64,000 nucleotides of DNA from an uncultured bacterium (GTDB lineage Bacteria > Verrucomicrobiota > Kiritimatiellia > RFP12 > UBA1067). Each line of letters starts with the position of its first letter. The stretch's first letter is position 1. The stretch spans positions 3,066 to 67,065 of the forward strand of contig CADCCQ010000009.1 in the NCBI GenBank assembly GCA_902799955.1, given 5' to 3'. A program made the translations under genes and the position numbers. Below, piece after piece: positions 62,066-64,000 of the stretch. The notes under the pieces were generated by a model, which made no database searches, was not told the DNA's origin, and saw only the letters and a program-made list of their open reading frames with translations.

Positions 62066-64000
62066 GGCAAAGACAATCAAAGCGGTGACGGAATATGTTG
62101 CCGAGGTGGCGCGGCTGGCGAAAACTGGCAAGGCGACTGAGCACACGTTTCGCGGCGCGTTGGCCGCGCTCATTGATGCGCTCGCTCCGGGGCTTAAGGC
62201 CGTGAACGAGCCGAAACGCTCCGACTGCGGCGCTCCAGATTACATTGTCCAGAATAAGACGGGCCTTGGTGTTTTCTACGTCGAGGCGAAGGACTTGGGC
62301 GACGACGATCTCGACGGCAAAAAGCGCACCGGACACAAGGAGCAGTTCGACCGCTACAAAGCCGCGCTTGATACGATCGTCTTTACCGATTACCTCGACT
62401 TCCACCTCTATCGCCACGGACAGTTCGCCAACTCGGTCAGAATCGCGGATTGGGATGGAGAGGGCAAGGTCTCTGGCAGGCCTGCGGCATACGCAGACTT
62501 CGCCGCGTTTGTAGCCGATGCCGCCGCCGGCGACCCCCAGAAGATAGACAGCGCCAAGCGTCTCGCCGAATTGATGGCGGGAAAGGCTCGTCTCCTTCAG
62601 CGCAACGCAGAGGAGTATCTTACTCCTCTCTCTAAGGCATACGATGACGCGCCCGACGGAGCAAAGCCGCCTGTAACGCCGATTCTCGAGCTTCTGCTTG
62701 GTCTGCGCGACGTGCTGATGCCCGATGTCGGCGCGGACGAGTTCTCCGACATCTTCGCCCAGACCCTCACCTACGGCATGTTCGCCGCACGGCTCAACGA
62801 CCCGACGCCAGAGGACTTTTCGCGCTACGAGGCAATGGCGCTCATTCCCAAGACAAACCCGTTCCTCAAGCAGCTCTTCCAGTATGTCGCCAACAACCTT
62901 GAAGACGAGCTGGAGTGGATGGTGGACGATCTCGCCGATCTCTTTCGCTCCGCCGATGTCGCAAAGATCGTGCGCGGCTACGGGCGAGCCGGCGCAGATC
63001 CGATGATTCACTTCTACGAAGACTTCCTCGCCGCATACGACGCGGGGCTCCGGAAAGACCGCGGAGTGTGGTATACACCGATTCAGGTCGTGAAGTTCAT
63101 CGTCGGCGCGGCGGATTGGGCGCTTCGCACACGCTTTGGTTTGCCCGACGGACTCGCCGACCGCTCGAAGGTCGAGATCGAGCGAGAGGAAGTTGCGCCC
63201 CACGGAAAGCGCATGGCGCACAAGGTGAAAAAGACCGTCCACCGCGTTCAGCTTCTTGATCCCGCGACTGGAACAGGCACATTCATCGCGGAGTCAATTC
63301 GCCAGATATTCGAGAAGTTCAAGGGCAACGAGGGAATGTGGCCCGGCTACGTCGAAAGCGACCTTCTACCGCGCCTCAATGGCTTTGAGCTTTTGATGGC
63401 GTCTTACACGATGGCGCACATCAAGATCGACTTTGCGCTGCGCGAGACAGGTGCCGCGCCATCCGGCAAAGAACGTTTCCGCGTGTTTCTCACCGACTCG
63501 CTCTCCGATTGGCACAAGGAACTTCCGGGCGGACTCTTCGCCTCTGCCCTCGCCCCAGAGCAGCAGGGCGCGGACGAGGTGAAGCGCGACACGCCCGTCA
63601 TGGTCGTCATGGGCAATCCGCCATACAATGTTTCCTCGTCTAACAAGAGCGGCTGGATAGAAAAACTCATGGCCGACTACAAGGCGAATCTCAACGAACG
63701 CAACATACAACCGCTTTCTGACGATTACATAAAGTTCGTTAGATTGGGACATCACTATGTTGAGAAGAATGGAGAAGGAATCCTTGCCTATATCACAAAC
63801 AACTCTTTTCTCGATGGCTTGATTCATCGTGAAATGCGGCGTCGCTTGTTGGGGACATTCGATGAGATATACGTATTGAATCTTCACGGCAATTCTCGCA
63901 AGAAAGAAACCGCGCCAGACGGATCGAAGGACGAGAATGTCTTCAATATCATGCAGGGTGTGGCTATTACGCTGTTCGTGAAGAAGGGTGGTTTAGCCAT
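62055..64000 (+). CDS. Type IIG-like restriction-modification enzyme: N-terminal PD-ExK nuclease motif fused to gamma-class N6-adenine DNA methyltransferase (3' end outside the window)
   Basis: This ORF is not in the supplied track because it has no stop inside the window. My hand translation from the ATG at 62055 is open to position 64000. Motifs: GAPDYIVQNKTGLGVFYVEAKD (PD...ExK), VQLLDPATGTGTF (SAM motif I), VMGNPPYNV (motif IV). Confidence 0.75.
   Translation, partial: MGSEAKTIKAVTEYVAEVARLAKTGKATEHTFRGALAALIDALAPGLKAVNEPKRSDCGAPDYIVQNKTGLGVFYVEAKDLGDDDLDGKKRTGHKEQFDRYKAALDTIVFTDYLDFHLYRHGQFANSVRIADWDGEGKVSGRPAAYADFAAFVADAAAGDPQKIDSAKRLAELMAGKARLLQRNAEEYLTPLSKAYDDAPDGAKPPVTPILELLLGLRDVLMPDVGADEFSDIFAQTLTYGMFAARLNDPTPEDFSRYEAMALIPKTNPFLKQLFQYVANNLEDELEWMVDDLADLFRSADVAKIVRGYGRAGADPMIHFYEDFLAAYDAGLRKDRGVWYTPIQVVKFIVGAADWALRTRFGLPDGLADRSKVEIEREEVAPHGKRMAHKVKKTVHRVQLLDPATGTGTFIAESIRQIFEKFKGNEGMWPGYVESDLLPRLNGFELLMASYTMAHIKIDFALRETGAAPSGKERFRVFLTDSLSDWHKELPGGLFASALAPEQQGADEVKRDTPVMVVMGNPPYNVSSSNKSGWIEKLMADYKANLNERNIQPLSDDYIKFVRLGHHYVEKNGEGILAYITNNSFLDGLIHREMRRRLLGTFDEIYVLNLHGNSRKKETAPDGSKDENVFNIMQGVAITLFVKKGGLA

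Noticed and set aside
62049-63242. 397-aa minus-strand ORF listed in the track
   Set aside because: It is antisense to the much longer plus-strand ORF that carries the PD-ExK, DPATGTGTF and NPPY motifs. It has no motifs of its own.

Overview
This is a high-G+C bacterial chromosome segment. The DUF1549/DUF1553 + DUF1501 gene pair and the many glycan-utilisation genes suggest a PVC-superphylum organism (inference only). Positions 1-19.8 kb and 48.5-60.1 kb carry ordinary core genes. These include 2-oxoacid:ferredoxin oxidoreductase, nadK, dnaG, a MoxR ATPase, sugar transporters, a GH2 enzyme, a CE15 esterase, pgi, argS, galK, dut, def, aroQ and thiG. Between about 19.8 and 48 kb lies a visibly lower-G+C accessory island in which every gene is on the plus strand. 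I found no integrase, transposase or tRNA in it. The island encodes an M48 protease module, a membrane protein with a RyR-like tail, an RND efflux pair and a two-partner secretion pair (TpsB plus a 1421-aa TpsA). After that comes an unusually dense cluster of signalling or conflict-type genes: a membrane-spanning protein with two complete Ser/Thr kinase domains and PEGA-like repeats, a TIR-FGE/SUMF1 fusion translationally coupled to a stand-alone RyR-domain protein, two unknown proteins, a stack of 45-codon 5' gene fragments, an AAA_14/DUF4143 ATPase, a TIR-TM protein, and a tandemly duplicated TIR-TM-coiled-coil-PDZ-like gene. One copy of that duplicated gene is split by a 35-nt insertion. 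None of the partner genes that define the TIR systems I know (Thoeris, CBASS, Pycsar, SPARTA, NLR/Avs) is present, so I flag this cluster as the best candidate for an undescribed system. A second accessory patch begins at 60.1 kb. There a DUF1016/YhcG-type nuclease gene is bracketed by 164-bp direct repeats, and it is followed by a fused PD-ExK/N6-adenine-methyltransferase (type IIG-like) gene that runs off the window and is missing from the supplied ORF track. No rRNA, tRNA or CRISPR array was recognised. All functional calls rest on motif recognition by eye, and none was verified by a database search.
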